From a virus (taxonomy: Duplodnaviria > Caudoviricetes), in IMG/VR virus record IMGVR_UViG_3300022857_000007, positions 1 through 52,282 of that record: a stretch of 52,282 nt of DNA; one strand, written 5' to 3'. This document shows, piece after piece, positions 1 through 10,298 of the stretch. Under the pieces are notes generated by a model. That model was not told the DNA's origin and made no database searches. It worked only from the letters and a program-made list of their open reading frames with translations. Positions within the stretch are counted from its first letter, which is position 1. Each line of letters opens with the position of its first letter. A program made the translations under genes and the position numbers.

Positions 1-325
1 AAATTTGAGCAGCATCTTCTTGGTGGTTGTTGGTGTAAATAAGAGAGTTTATTGCAGCATCATTGTTTCTCCATTTCTCTTTTTTATCTATTTTTAGGTC
101 TGGATATATATTGTACTTAAAATAACCGTCATATATCCCATCCCAAAAAACAATTACTTTTTCTGGATTCAACTCTTTTATTACCTCTCTCAAAGTAGAA
201 ACGAAACCAACAAAAGCTCCGCATTTTTCTTGACCCCCAACTCCACATACCATAGAGTTGTTACGATAGAATGATTTCTTTAAAAGCCAATCACCATAAA
301 GAATAAGAGTTTTTCTTTGTTCCAT
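1..325 (-). CDS. 5'-3' exonuclease/FEN (PolI N-terminal, T4 RNase H-like), partial, apparently degenerate
   Basis: Manual translation from ATG at 325: MEQRKTLILYGDWLLKKSF...GAFVGFVSTLREVIKELNPEKVIVFWDG...YPDLK; matches the PIN/FEN N-terminal layout; runs off the window edge. Confidence 0.7.
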   Translation of the reverse strand, partial: MEQRKTLILYGDWLLKKSFYRNNSMVCGVGGQEKCGAFVGFVSTLREVIKELNPEKVIVFWDGIYDGYFKYNIYPDLKIDKKEKWRNNDAAINSLIYTNNHQEDAAQI

Positions 326-329
326 AAAT

Positions 330-389
330 TATATTTGCCAAAAAAAGGGAATGAAAAACATCCCCTTTTAATTTCCTTTGGCAAATATA
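330..389. terminator. Long stem-loop between recA and exonuclease gene
   Basis: Perfect 13-bp inverted repeat TATATTTGCCAAA (330-342)/TTTGGCAAATATA (377-389) enclosing an inner AAAGGGAATG...CATCCCCTTTT hairpin. Confidence 0.6.
382..389 (-). promoter_or_regulatory. Bacteroidota-type -7 promoter element (TAnnTTTG)
   Basis: TATATTTG on the minus strand about 57 nt upstream of the exonuclease ATG. Confidence 0.5.
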
Positions 390-396
390 TAAAAAA

Positions 397-1512
397 TTAC
401 TTAATATCCATCTTCCAAAGTTCATCATATTCTAAATCCCAATCTGATGCGAACTCTTCTTTATAGGCCGCAATAGAATCTTTATCGTTTAATAAAAACC
501 CATGATCAGTACAAAGAATCTCCCCCTGTGCCGTTACATTCGTGATATGATTTTTCTCTACTATAAGTTTTGACTTCAAAGCAAAACCTACTTTCTTTCC
601 ATTTTTTTGAGCTATTATCTTAGACGCTCTACCAATAACTCCCCCTTGACGAAAAATTAAAGTAGCAGCATAATAAATTGCATCCCCTCCGTAAGGTATC
701 AAAGATGGCGGTCCAGAAGGCATTGCTGGAGGTGCAGTATAAGCTTGGTTTACAATAAACAATGTAGAGGTATAAGGAAAATTCTCTTTACGAGTGTTAT
801 TAATCTTTAAACCAATATATCTGTTTATTTTTTCACGTAAAACTTTCGCTGTTACCATCATACCACCATTCTTCCCATCATTGTTCTGAGCAGCTTCGTA
901 TTCTCTTTTTGAAGGAGTAGCTCCCATTGAATCCCAAATAAACAAGACATCAAAAGCTAAATCACCTTTCTCTTGATCAATCAAGACTTTATCAACTATC
1001 TCAATCCCTTGCTCAATAGTGTCAATTCCATTATACATTAACACGTTACTGAAATCAACTCCCATCTTTTCTGCTCTTTCATAAGAAAACTTCTTCTCAG
1101 TAATAATAAACACTGGAAGTATTCCTTGAGTCTGAGCATAACCAGCAGCCTCTAAAGCCATTGTGGATTTACCTGTGTCAGATTTACCGTAATTCATGAT
1201 GACATGACCTGTCGGAATACCGGGTAGGCAAGTCACCTCCTTAAAGGCTGGAGACATGTCAATCCAATCTTGACTCTTATACCTTACTTCTTCAAATTTA
1301 GTTTTAACCTTATATGCCCCTAAAGTGTTGAACTTTTTTTGAATTTTCTCTTTTCTTTTTGAAAGCTTTTGTGATCTTTCAATCTTTGATTCAAGCTTCT
1401 CTACTAATTCTTGGTCAGAACCTTCTTGAGCCAAAACTAATTTTGCGCTCAACTCTTCAAGTGAAAGATTATCTAAATCTATTTCTTTTTCTTTTGATAC
1501 TTTTTTTGCCAT
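397..1512 (-). CDS. recA: RecA/UvsX-like recombinase
   Basis: GIPTGH..YGKSDTGKST Walker A, FIWDSMGA Walker B, IVNQ and YGGDAIYYAA motifs, VEKNHI. Confidence 0.9.
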   Translation of the reverse strand: MAKKVSKEKEIDLDNLSLEELSAKLVLAQEGSDQELVEKLESKIERSQKLSKRKEKIQKKFNTLGAYKVKTKFEEVRYKSQDWIDMSPAFKEVTCLPGIPTGHVIMNYGKSDTGKSTMALEAAGYAQTQGILPVFIITEKKFSYERAEKMGVDFSNVLMYNGIDTIEQGIEIVDKVLIDQEKGDLAFDVLFIWDSMGATPSKREYEAAQNNDGKNGGMMVTAKVLREKINRYIGLKINNTRKENFPYTSTLFIVNQAYTAPPAMPSGPPSLIPYGGDAIYYAATLIFRQGGVIGRASKIIAQKNGKKVGFALKSKLIVEKNHITNVTAQGEILCTDHGFLLNDKDSIAAYKEEFASDWDLEYDELWKMDIK

Positions 1513-1530
1513 TGTTTTCGTTTTTAGTGA

Positions 1531-1884
1531 TTAGTTTTGATTGAACTGTTGCCAATCATATACAACAAAACCTTTGTCATCTTTCAACATTCCTCCATCG
1601 TTGTCTTTTTTGGTTTTAAGATAGAATGTATCCTTATCTTCTGATTGTTGTCCAAAATTTAATGAAGACCTACAATCACGACATCTGATTGTTATATAAT
1701 CAAACTTACCTTGTGCTTTATGGTATCCTAATACTAAATTATCTGATCCACAGTTTCCGCACTTATACACGTCAGAGAAAGAAAGCTTTTGCGCTTGCTG
1801 CATTACTTCCATGAAATTTTCTCCTTCTACCATAAAGGTATGTAGCTCTTTTCCGATTTTCTTTTTTATTACTTTTGTTAACAT
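1531..1884 (-). CDS. Zinc-ribbon hypothetical protein
   Basis: CGNC and CRDC pairs; 117 aa ORF co-oriented with recA. Confidence 0.6.
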   Translation of the reverse strand: MLTKVIKKKIGKELHTFMVEGENFMEVMQQAQKLSFSDVYKCGNCGSDNLVLGYHKAQGKFDYITIRCRDCRSSLNFGQQSEDKDTFYLKTKKDNDGGMLKDDKGFVVYDWQQFNQN

Positions 1885-1969
1885 TGTTTGAGAGTTTTTT
1901 TAATTATCACACATAACAATGTAGTATATAGAATTGTAAAAATCAAGTCGATTTTAAAGAAAAATGAAT

Positions 1970-4900
1970 CTATTTTGCAGATAATCTTCGAAGCATACCT
2001 ATTATTCTTGGGTCTGGATATAAGTCCCATTTCCCAGTCTTTCTAACATTGGTATGAGTCCAAATTCCATCTATAGGTTTCTTAACTAAAGAACTGTTAT
2101 AATCAAACCAAGACATATCAAAACCAGACTGTATGTTTATACCAAACTTATCTACCAAAGTCTCTATCAGCTTCTCTAAAGATTGTATTTGAGTGTCTGT
2201 ATATTTTTGATAATATTTATATCCTCTAAATTCAGATTTTAAGCTTATAACCTCATCTAAAGGGATTTCTGTTTCAAATTTAGGAATGAATTTTTCATCT
2301 AGTGGAGGCCAAGCGTAAAATTTACCGTCTTTTTTCTTTAACCCACCGTAAGCACAAAGTTCAATACCTATTGACTGCTTATCTAATGCGTGAGAATTTC
2401 CGTTTGACCCAACGCCTAAATGATAAGCCCAGTATTTAGGATCAAAACATTCATGAACTTGATTTCCATCATCCCTACTAATAAGATAAGATGTTCCCAC
2501 CCCTTTTCCTGAATCTGAATTATTCCACCAAGCTATATCATTTCTAGCATGCGGCCCTCCAGCTGTATGGTGTAAGAAAATCATATTCTTATCATGAACT
2601 GTTTTAAAATACTCTCCACTATTCATTTTATAAGCTTTTTCAATTACAATAGAATTAATAGATTCAGGTAAAGAACTAATCTCTGGGATGTTTACATCAT
2701 AATTCCCCCCTTCTATAAATGGATCTAACTCTCCTTTTACGTTCTTAATTTTCTCTCCATTATTAAATGTAGATTTTTCTTCTACTCCTTTATGTTTTGA
2801 CAAATCGAGGTAATAGTCTTTTGTTATTGGCATAACAGCAGAATAATCTCCTCCAGCAAATCTCATTCTAATCCCATCAAAATTAGTCTCCATATTATTT
2901 GGAGTAATTGTATGAGTTACATTCATAATCTGATACAAACCTCCAAACAATGGAGACCTATCTAAAAAGAAGAATTGAGTAGGGAATATTTTAGCGTTTC
3001 CTAAAACAGAAAGTTTAGCCTTATAACTTCTGCCAGACATAACACTGAGCATTGAACAATCTCTTAATACTGTTTGGTTTGTTTCCTCTCCTTTAATAAT
3101 AGAATCTAAATTAAAGATTGATTCTGCTGTAATTTTATTATCTACAGTATCGACATTAACGCTTTTTACTATTTGATTATCTGAACTTCCGAACTTAATA
3201 ATAAAACCTTCAACATTAGGGCTTACCGATTCTCGTGTTTGAACTAAATCACCTTGAAAGGTGTTATTGTTAGTTAAACTTGTCCTTGACTCTGGAGTCG
3301 GAAGAAAAAGAACATGAAAAGTGTTAAAAAGACTTTGGTTTTTTGTTGATAGTTGAGGAGAAAATATTTCTTTTGTTGAATCATATCCGGGATTACCGGG
3401 TATAGGAATAAAAGTGAAATTATTTTTATGACATACATTCTGAATCACATTTAAAACAGTAGTACTTGTGTTATTAAAAGCCTCCCGAAGAGGCTTGGTG
3501 CTTATGATTGCGTTTCTAATATCTATACTTCTCCCTCCCTCATTTGAAATACTCTGAAGCGGGAATTGATACACAAAAGCAGTGGAAGATTTATCAGAAA
3601 TATCATTCCTAGACTTTACATCCCGATGTTCAAGGTGATGGTCTCCAAATTCTTTTGAAAACCTGTTTCTTACTTCTGATGAATTAATCTCTTCATCACC
3701 AACTTGAGCCATACTGCTCCATTGTTGATAAAGACTGTGAAACTGCTTGTAAATATCATTTTCAACATCATTAAACCTAGAATAAAAATCATCTTTTATA
3801 TCTTGCTTGTTGTCAAGAACAGATTCAATTTCTTTGGCAACTAATTCTGATAATTTTCCTAAAAAATGCCTTTGCCTTATTGAACTACCAGTGTTTGCAA
3901 GCAACTCAAACACTGGTCTGTCAGCTCCTGCTGATGTGTTAGAAACAATCATAGCCGCATAACTAGTTTGACCTGCATCGTTTTTATAAACCCAATTAAC
4001 ATCTGTTGAATCTTCTGATGCTGGGGTTTCTTTTGCTTCAAATGCTTTATCAAAAAGATAATCATTATTAAGGCTAGAATCAGTCAAAGGAGTGTTAATG
4101 TCGAGTTTATGATTTTCTGAAAATTTTTCTAATTTATTAAAACTATAAACTAGTTTTTTACCTATGGACGCATTTAAAGAATTATACTTAAATGTGTTTG
4201 ACACAGGGGTTGGTAAATCACCATCCATGTACTCGATCTTAAAAGCTCCGTCTGGTTGAGTAACACTTGAGTCAGTTGACGGGTAGTTCTTTAAAGCCCT
4301 TTCAGCGTCCTTTCCTTCGAACACTATATATGTTAAATTATTCCCTACTTGTTTAACGTGTGAGTACAAATTTTTACCAAGAATAACATAATTGCTCCTA
4401 AGAGTTAATGGGTCAACCCCAGTCTTTCCTATACTAGGTAGATATGTGTCTACTATTTGTCTGAGAGTTATTTTTCTACCAGATTTTTCATAAAACATAT
4501 CTTTATATGAATCAATTACTTTTTGATTAGGATTAGTAGAAACTATTCTTCCGTTCTGAACTTGGCTTCCGTTAGGGTTTAATGGGATTGAATCCTCATT
4601 AAAACTAGTGTATTCATCATTAAAAGAAAAACGAAAGAAATTACAAAAATCACTAAGATCCTGAAGTTCATCTTTTTCTAACCCCACCATTTGAAGCAAT
4701 AAAGGTTGAATGTTTTTAAAATCTATTTCTGCTAAGTTTTTCATGTCCTCTACAGAACCTAATTTTGAAGGGTTGTTTAATTCAGCACTTCCTGTTAAGT
4801 GGGAGGCTATCCCTGATCTTAGCAACATATTAGTTGCTATTGATTTTACACTAGGCTTATAAGGATTTGAATATAAAGCCTCAAGGTTATTTATTCTATT

Positions 4901-6319
4901 AGCAAAACCACTACTGAAAGAATCATACGCACTAACTTCTCCAGTTTCTTCTGAAAGAGAATCAGTAATAGCATCTATGAATTTTTTAACAAAGTCCATC
5001 TCAGCGTCAGGTTTATCAATTCCAAATTCTTTTGCTGGAAGTTCTTGATTTTCTTTAGCAGTATCATTTATTAACGGGTAATTTAAACCAATTATGTCAG
5101 GAGAACTATTTCTTTTTATTGAATTTTGAAAATAACCAGATAACCCCGCATCAAGAATAGAACCCATTAAATAAGCGGAATCTCTAGCTATTGCGCCTAG
5201 TACATTAGAAATAGTTAACTGACCAATATCCATTTCACTTTGTTCCCAAACAGTAATAGATTTTAATTTCTCCAAACCTTCTAAGTCTGTTTTTGTTACA
5301 TTATAAAAAGAATCAACAACAAAATCTATTTTTTTTATTATTGCTGCTGCTGCTGCTGTTGTAGTTTCTTCACTATCTTCAGATTTTTCTTTGTAGTCTT
5401 CAAAACTAAGTTTAGTGACGGTTTCGTCTAAAAACTTACCATTAATTTTCGTATTACACACTAACATCCTATGCGCAGCTGTAGAATCTGTTGACTCCCA
5501 ATCTATAAGGTTTTTTTTATCAAGTGTTTTTTCAAGTATTTTTATGTCTTTAGGAATATAATAATCATTAAAGACATAATCAAATGACTCATCGTCTTTT
5601 TCAACCTTAAATTGGAAAAAATTATCCTCATCACTAGCGCTCCCATTTTCCAAAACTGCGGTTGGAAAAGATCTTGCAGCGATATTTAATATCGCTAAGT
5701 CTTCAGAGTAATTTTCATTTATAGCAACCCCTGCTTTTTCAACTTTCAAACCTATGTCCATAAGTTCGAAAACACTCAATTGATCAGTTGGGTCTCCTCG
5801 TTTTTCTCGTAATTTCTTTACCGCTTTTAAATAAAAATAAGGAATGTCTGCCATGAATCCAAACTGATTAGGGACGAATTCAGCAGTTATTTTAGTTGAA
5901 CCATCAGAAGGCTCGAACCCTATAGAGTATTCTTTAAGGTTTAATAGCCAAGTTACTTGACCACCTAAGTAGCCTTTGAAAGAAAATCTAAATTTAGGAG
6001 GAGGCCAATTAAAAAGTTGTTTATAGTTTATCCCAGCTTTATTTGCATCACCGCCAAAAGAAGTAGAACCAGCTATGTCTTTAAATTCTATTTTAATCAC
6101 AGGCTGTAAAGAAGTGTTTACTGTTATTTCGATGTTAGTGATACCAAAAGCTACATTGTCTTTATAAAAACCAATATCAATAACATCTACACCTTCACCC
6201 TCACTGTCTCTGTAATGAGTACCCATATAATTATAGGCAGTTCCGCCCACTATTGCAGATAATTTTACATCTATAAAAAGATTCTTTGTATCAAAGAATG
6301 AAGGTTCTACTAAAGGCAT
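1970..6319 (-). CDS. Large baseplate hub-like virion protein with C-terminal N-acetylmuramoyl-L-alanine amidase (Amidase_2)
   Basis: C-terminal IFLHHTAG, WAYHLG, SIGIELC, IWTH..K.D amidase motifs; hub-like segment LSVLGNAKIFPTQFFFL...FGGLYQIMNVTHTITP; located in the baseplate block. Confidence 0.75.
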   Translation of the reverse strand: MPLVEPSFFDTKNLFIDVKLSAIVGGTAYNYMGTHYRDSEGEGVDVIDIGFYKDNVAFGITNIEITVNTSLQPVIKIEFKDIAGSTSFGGDANKAGINYKQLFNWPPPKFRFSFKGYLGGQVTWLLNLKEYSIGFEPSDGSTKITAEFVPNQFGFMADIPYFYLKAVKKLREKRGDPTDQLSVFELMDIGLKVEKAGVAINENYSEDLAILNIAARSFPTAVLENGSASDEDNFFQFKVEKDDESFDYVFNDYYIPKDIKILEKTLDKKNLIDWESTDSTAAHRMLVCNTKINGKFLDETVTKLSFEDYKEKSEDSEETTTAAAAAIIKKIDFVVDSFYNVTKTDLEGLEKLKSITVWEQSEMDIGQLTISNVLGAIARDSAYLMGSILDAGLSGYFQNSIKRNSSPDIIGLNYPLINDTAKENQELPAKEFGIDKPDAEMDFVKKFIDAITDSLSEETGEVSAYDSFSSGFANRINNLEALYSNPYKPSVKSIATNMLLRSGIASHLTGSAELNNPSKLGSVEDMKNLAEIDFKNIQPLLLQMVGLEKDELQDLSDFCNFFRFSFNDEYTSFNEDSIPLNPNGSQVQNGRIVSTNPNQKVIDSYKDMFYEKSGRKITLRQIVDTYLPSIGKTGVDPLTLRSNYVILGKNLYSHVKQVGNNLTYIVFEGKDAERALKNYPSTDSSVTQPDGAFKIEYMDGDLPTPVSNTFKYNSLNASIGKKLVYSFNKLEKFSENHKLDINTPLTDSSLNNDYLFDKAFEAKETPASEDSTDVNWVYKNDAGQTSYAAMIVSNTSAGADRPVFELLANTGSSIRQRHFLGKLSELVAKEIESVLDNKQDIKDDFYSRFNDVENDIYKQFHSLYQQWSSMAQVGDEEINSSEVRNRFSKEFGDHHLEHRDVKSRNDISDKSSTAFVYQFPLQSISNEGGRSIDIRNAIISTKPLREAFNNTSTTVLNVIQNVCHKNNFTFIPIPGNPGYDSTKEIFSPQLSTKNQSLFNTFHVLFLPTPESRTSLTNNNTFQGDLVQTRESVSPNVEGFIIKFGSSDNQIVKSVNVDTVDNKITAESIFNLDSIIKGEETNQTVLRDCSMLSVMSGRSYKAKLSVLGNAKIFPTQFFFLDRSPLFGGLYQIMNVTHTITPNNMETNFDGIRMRFAGGDYSAVMPITKDYYLDLSKHKGVEEKSTFNNGEKIKNVKGELDPFIEGGNYDVNIPEISSLPESINSIVIEKAYKMNSGEYFKTVHDKNMIFLHHTAGGPHARNDIAWWNNSDSGKGVGTSYLISRDDGNQVHECFDPKYWAYHLGVGSNGNSHALDKQSIGIELCAYGGLKKKDGKFYAWPPLDEKFIPKFETEIPLDEVISLKSEFRGYKYYQKYTDTQIQSLEKLIETLVDKFGINIQSGFDMSWFDYNSSLVKKPIDGIWTHTNVRKTGKWDLYPDPRIIGMLRRLSAK

Positions 6320-6325
6320 TGTTTA

Positions 6326-6628
6326 TTATTTATTTTTTCTATCTTCTATCTTTGAAACAACTTCTTCAATCACCTCGTCAAAAGGAAGAGGGACTCGAAT
6401 AACTGCTCCAGAAGGGATGTCAAACTCAAGATCATACTCTTGGTTAGCCCATCTGATTAAAATAGAATACTCATCATCTAAATACACTTTAGCTGATATG
6501 CGGTCAAATCTCGTTTTAGCTTTATCGTATTCTAAAAATAAGTCAGTCGAACGCCTCTCTATCTCAATAGGAGGCATGTTAAGAATAAAGTCGTCTACGA
6601 TAAGTCGTTTGTGGTAATTAAAAGCCAT
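6326..6628 (-). CDS. LysM-like/gp53-like baseplate wedge protein
   Basis: TRFDRISAKVY...ILIRWAN...IPSGAVIRVP pattern; position between hub and tube-initiator-like genes. Confidence 0.7.
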   Translation of the reverse strand: MAFNYHKRLIVDDFILNMPPIEIERRSTDLFLEYDKAKTRFDRISAKVYLDDEYSILIRWANQEYDLEFDIPSGAVIRVPLPFDEVIEEVVSKIEDRKNK

Positions 6629-6671
6629 TTAGTTTAAATAATAAACAATAAAAAAATAAATATCAAATTTG

Positions 6672-9600
6672 TTAGAGAAACTCCCCTTGAGGCTTCCCTA
6701 CCTCAATTGAAGCCTTCCCTTTTGTGTTGTCGGTATAATAACCTTCACTATCACTAGCCGTTAAAGGATTTCCTCCACCATTATCCCCCCACTGACCAAT
6801 AATATGGAATCCCATAGTAACTGAAGCCCACATAGGTTGAGTTTCACCTTCCTCTAAACCCCACATAGAGTCAGTATAGTCTATACTAACATCAGTAATA
6901 ATACAATCATGGTTTAACCAATCACCCAACTTAATATGACAAACAGGAGGTTTTGTGAAAGAAAACCCTTGCTGGTCAGACAGTTTAGCTCCTCTTGGTC
7001 TAGTTGTTCTTTGGATAAAGGACATTTTTCTCTCGAAATCTATTTTATCTCCAGAAAAGAAAGCTGGTTGGAATTGAAGATTTTCTTTCATTCTCGATAG
7101 CCTTTTTACACCATGAAACTCCTCAGTATTTTTACCTAAAGATTCAGATATATGAGATTTTTCAGAATAAAACATAGGGTCAATCCCGGGACTAGCTTGA
7201 TCTGTAGATCCAAATCTTGCATTATGGTCGGTAAGCCTACTTAATTCTAAAGTACACGAATCAATTTCTTTAGTTATTGCTCCTAATTTCTCCTTCATTT
7301 CAATAAATTTTGACCCAACAAAATCACTTAAGGTGTTTGTACCCATCATAGACGAAACCTCTTCATTATACCCTTTAAGCTCTTCTTTCTTTTCAGCAAT
7401 ATCAGATTGAGTTTTTGTCTTGTCAGTGAAATAATCATCATCTTTAATATATCTTTCTGTAAAAGATTTTGACTCATCAATATTATACCCTTCTAAAGTT
7501 TTAGAATTAAATAAAATCTTATCCATACTGCTACTAGTCCAATCTGTTCCCACCTCAACTTCTTGAGCATAATCAGTAAGCACAAAGAAAGTTATAGAAC
7601 CCCCACGAGTAGAGTTATTATAAGTATACACTGGCTCAGGTCTTCCTAAAAAGTCATGAGAATTCCAGTTAGCGTTAGATGTTTCTTGAAAACTCTGAAT
7701 ATAAGGAGGGAAAAACATTGTTCTAAAATCACTAGTGTTTGGAATAGCATAATTAGTAATAGAGAAAATTAACTTCCCAGACTCCTTTTTACCGTAATTA
7801 GTATTTGAAAAATAAGGATTTTCAATTGTATATCTTTTTCTAGCCACAACCCCTTCAGAACCTATAGAGAATTCCTTCGACTTTGGATTGTAATTTTCTG
7901 TCAACTTAGTCCCTCTACTTACAATTGAATCCATCAAGTTTCTAACCCCTTTTTTATTGTTGTCATAAAAACCAATCGATGGGTTACCTGCGGTTGTCTT
8001 ATTCATTTGACCACCATTTTCAAGATCTGATTCCCAATATCCCTTTGTAGGGAATTCTGAAGTTGTGTAAGTTGGAGTAGGAGTTCCTCTGACGAACTCG
8101 TCACTCCCTTTTTTAATTTGATCCTCTATTTCTTTTTTAACACTTTTACCTCTAATTCCTTCATATTCTCCTTTGTATATTTGAGAATTATCGTCTGCAC
8201 CACTTAAATTATAAGGATTACGTGGCGTGTATTTATTTCTAGTTTGAAGTATATTACGAACCAAAATACCTAGAGTATAATTTCTAGAAACACCAATAAA
8301 AGCGCTCGTTCCTAATCCTTGAATGTTTATCCCAATTAACCCAGCATTTCCGTTTTTAGTTAGCATAGCAGTTCTGTAGGGAATACTATCTGTTAAGACA
8401 TCAGAAGTAGATGGAGTGTTATTGCTTAAATCCCCATCTCTGAAAACCACACTGTCTGTTTCAATGTCAGACTCAGAAGCCACGTTGTTGCTCAAATCAT
8501 CCGTTCTATGAGGTATGCTGTCTGTTTCAATGTCCGACTCAGAAGCCACGTTGTTGCTCAAATCATCCGTTCTATGAGGCACACTGTCTGTTTCAATGTC
8601 AGACTCAGAAGCCACGTTGTTGCTCAAATCATCCGTTCTATGAGGTATGCTGTCTGTTTCAATGTCAGACTCAGAAGCTATGTTGTTGCTCAAATCATCT
8701 GCTCTATGAGGAACACTGTCTGTTTCAATGTCAGACTCAGAAGCTATGTTGTTGCTCAAATCATCTGCTCTATGAGGAACACTGTCGCTCTCGATGTCAG
8801 ACTCAGAAGCTATGTTGTTGCTCAAATCATCTGCTCTATGAGGAACACTGTCGCTCTCGATGTCAGACGTACTCGGAACTATCTTAGAAAGCATTGAATT
8901 CCTAGGATTGATTGATTCGCTCTCGATGTCAGATTCGCTCGTAACTATTTTGGAAAGCATTGAATTCCTTGGGTCTACAGATTCACTTTCGATATCAGAT
9001 GTGCTAGTGACTATCTTAGACAACATTGAATTCCTTGGGTCTACCGATTCACTTTCGATATCAGACTCACTCGTAACTATCTTAGAAAGCATTGACTCCC
9101 TAGGATTGACAGACTCAGATTCGATATCAGATTCACTCGTAACTATCTTAGACAACATTGAATTCCTTGGGTCTACCGATTCACTTTCGATATCAGACTC
9201 ACTCGTAACTATCTTAGAAAGCATTGAGTTCCTTGGATCAACAGACTCAGATTCGATATCAGATGTACTCGTAACTATCTTAGAAAGCATTGAGTCCCTA
9301 ACGCCCACTGACTCACTTTCAATGTCAGACGTACTCGTAACTATCTTAGAAAGCATTGAATCCCTAACACCCACAGATTCACTCTCGATATCAGATTCAC
9401 TCGTAACTATCTTAGATAGCATTGAATTCCTTGGGTCTACAGATTCACTTTCGATATCAGATGTACTCGGAACAACTTTAGAAAGCATTGAGTTCCTAAC
9501 ACCCACCGACTCACTCTCGATATCAGATTCACTAGTAACTATTTTAGATAGCATTGAGTCCCTAACGCCCACTGACTCACTTTCAATGTCAGACGTACTC

Positions 9601-10262
9601 GTAACTATCTTAGAAAGCATTGAATCCCTTGGGTCTACTGACTCACTTTCAATGTCAGATGTGCTGGCTACTATCTTAGATAGCATTGAATTTCTTGGAT
9701 TTACAGACTCGCTTTCGATGTCAGACTCACTCGTAACTATTTTAGAAAGCATTGAGTTCCTTGGATCAACAGACTCAGATTCGATATCAGATGTGCTAGT
9801 GACAATTTTAGAAATCATTGAATCCCTAACATCCACTGATTCAGATTTGATATCAGATGTTCTAGGAGTATTTTTAGAAAGCATTGAATCTCTATAAGAA
9901 GAAGATGAAGAAAGTATATCGTGAGACTTAACCCCATTCTTTTTAAGCATTTCCTTTCTATACTTATCAGATTCTTCTTGAAGATTTGTGGAAGAATTAA
10001 TTACTCTACGAAGATTTTCATTTCTATATTCTTCTGATTTTTCTTCAATAGATGTTTTCGTAGGAAGATTCTTAGAAATCATCTCTTGCCTTGGCTGAAA
10101 GGAAGCTTCTAAAATACTCTTAGGAGTTGAAACATTCATTTTTAGCATAGATTCCCTATACTCACTAGTCTGAACATTATAATACTTTCTAAATTTTTGG
10201 AAAATTCTATCACCCTCATCATTAGGGTCAAATAAATACTCAAATCCGTCTTCTGTGTCCAT
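6672..10262 (-). CDS. Baseplate/tube-initiator-like protein with N-terminal 22-aa tandem repeat array
   Basis: C-terminal MFFPPYIQSF.E...ANW...FLGRPEPVYTYNNSTR and PPVCHIKLGD...IITDVSIDY...W motifs typical of tube-fold baseplate proteins; directly downstream of the tape measure. Confidence 0.6.
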   Translation of the reverse strand: MDTEDGFEYLFDPNDEGDRIFQKFRKYYNVQTSEYRESMLKMNVSTPKSILEASFQPRQEMISKNLPTKTSIEEKSEEYRNENLRRVINSSTNLQEESDKYRKEMLKKNGVKSHDILSSSSSYRDSMLSKNTPRTSDIKSESVDVRDSMISKIVTSTSDIESESVDPRNSMLSKIVTSESDIESESVNPRNSMLSKIVASTSDIESESVDPRDSMLSKIVTSTSDIESESVGVRDSMLSKIVTSESDIESESVGVRNSMLSKVVPSTSDIESESVDPRNSMLSKIVTSESDIESESVGVRDSMLSKIVTSTSDIESESVGVRDSMLSKIVTSTSDIESESVDPRNSMLSKIVTSESDIESESVDPRNSMLSKIVTSESDIESESVNPRESMLSKIVTSESDIESESVDPRNSMLSKIVTSTSDIESESVDPRNSMLSKIVTSESDIESESINPRNSMLSKIVPSTSDIESDSVPHRADDLSNNIASESDIESDSVPHRADDLSNNIASESDIETDSVPHRADDLSNNIASESDIETDSIPHRTDDLSNNVASESDIETDSVPHRTDDLSNNVASESDIETDSIPHRTDDLSNNVASESDIETDSVVFRDGDLSNNTPSTSDVLTDSIPYRTAMLTKNGNAGLIGINIQGLGTSAFIGVSRNYTLGILVRNILQTRNKYTPRNPYNLSGADDNSQIYKGEYEGIRGKSVKKEIEDQIKKGSDEFVRGTPTPTYTTSEFPTKGYWESDLENGGQMNKTTAGNPSIGFYDNNKKGVRNLMDSIVSRGTKLTENYNPKSKEFSIGSEGVVARKRYTIENPYFSNTNYGKKESGKLIFSITNYAIPNTSDFRTMFFPPYIQSFQETSNANWNSHDFLGRPEPVYTYNNSTRGGSITFFVLTDYAQEVEVGTDWTSSSMDKILFNSKTLEGYNIDESKSFTERYIKDDDYFTDKTKTQSDIAEKKEELKGYNEEVSSMMGTNTLSDFVGSKFIEMKEKLGAITKEIDSCTLELSRLTDHNARFGSTDQASPGIDPMFYSEKSHISESLGKNTEEFHGVKRLSRMKENLQFQPAFFSGDKIDFERKMSFIQRTTRPRGAKLSDQQGFSFTKPPVCHIKLGDWLNHDCIITDVSIDYTDSMWGLEEGETQPMWASVTMGFHIIGQWGDNGGGNPLTASDSEGYYTDNTKGKASIEVGKPQGEFL
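8379..10160 (-). repeat. Coding tandem repeat, about 27 x 66 bp (22 aa)
   Basis: Units such as PRNSMLSKIVTSESDIESESVD and HRTDDLSNNVASESDIETDSVP; degenerate units at both ends. Confidence 0.95.
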
Positions 10263-10298
10263 TGTAAAACTTTTCTATAAATAGAAGTTATAATTTTT

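Noticed and set aside
8508-9897. Plus-strand ORFs of 129 and 345 aa
   Set aside because: Antisense shadows of the repeat array; a stop-free unit is simply propagated
8379-10160. CRISPR array
   Set aside because: Units are 66-bp in-frame coding repeats with synonymous variation and no unique spacers; no cas genes seen
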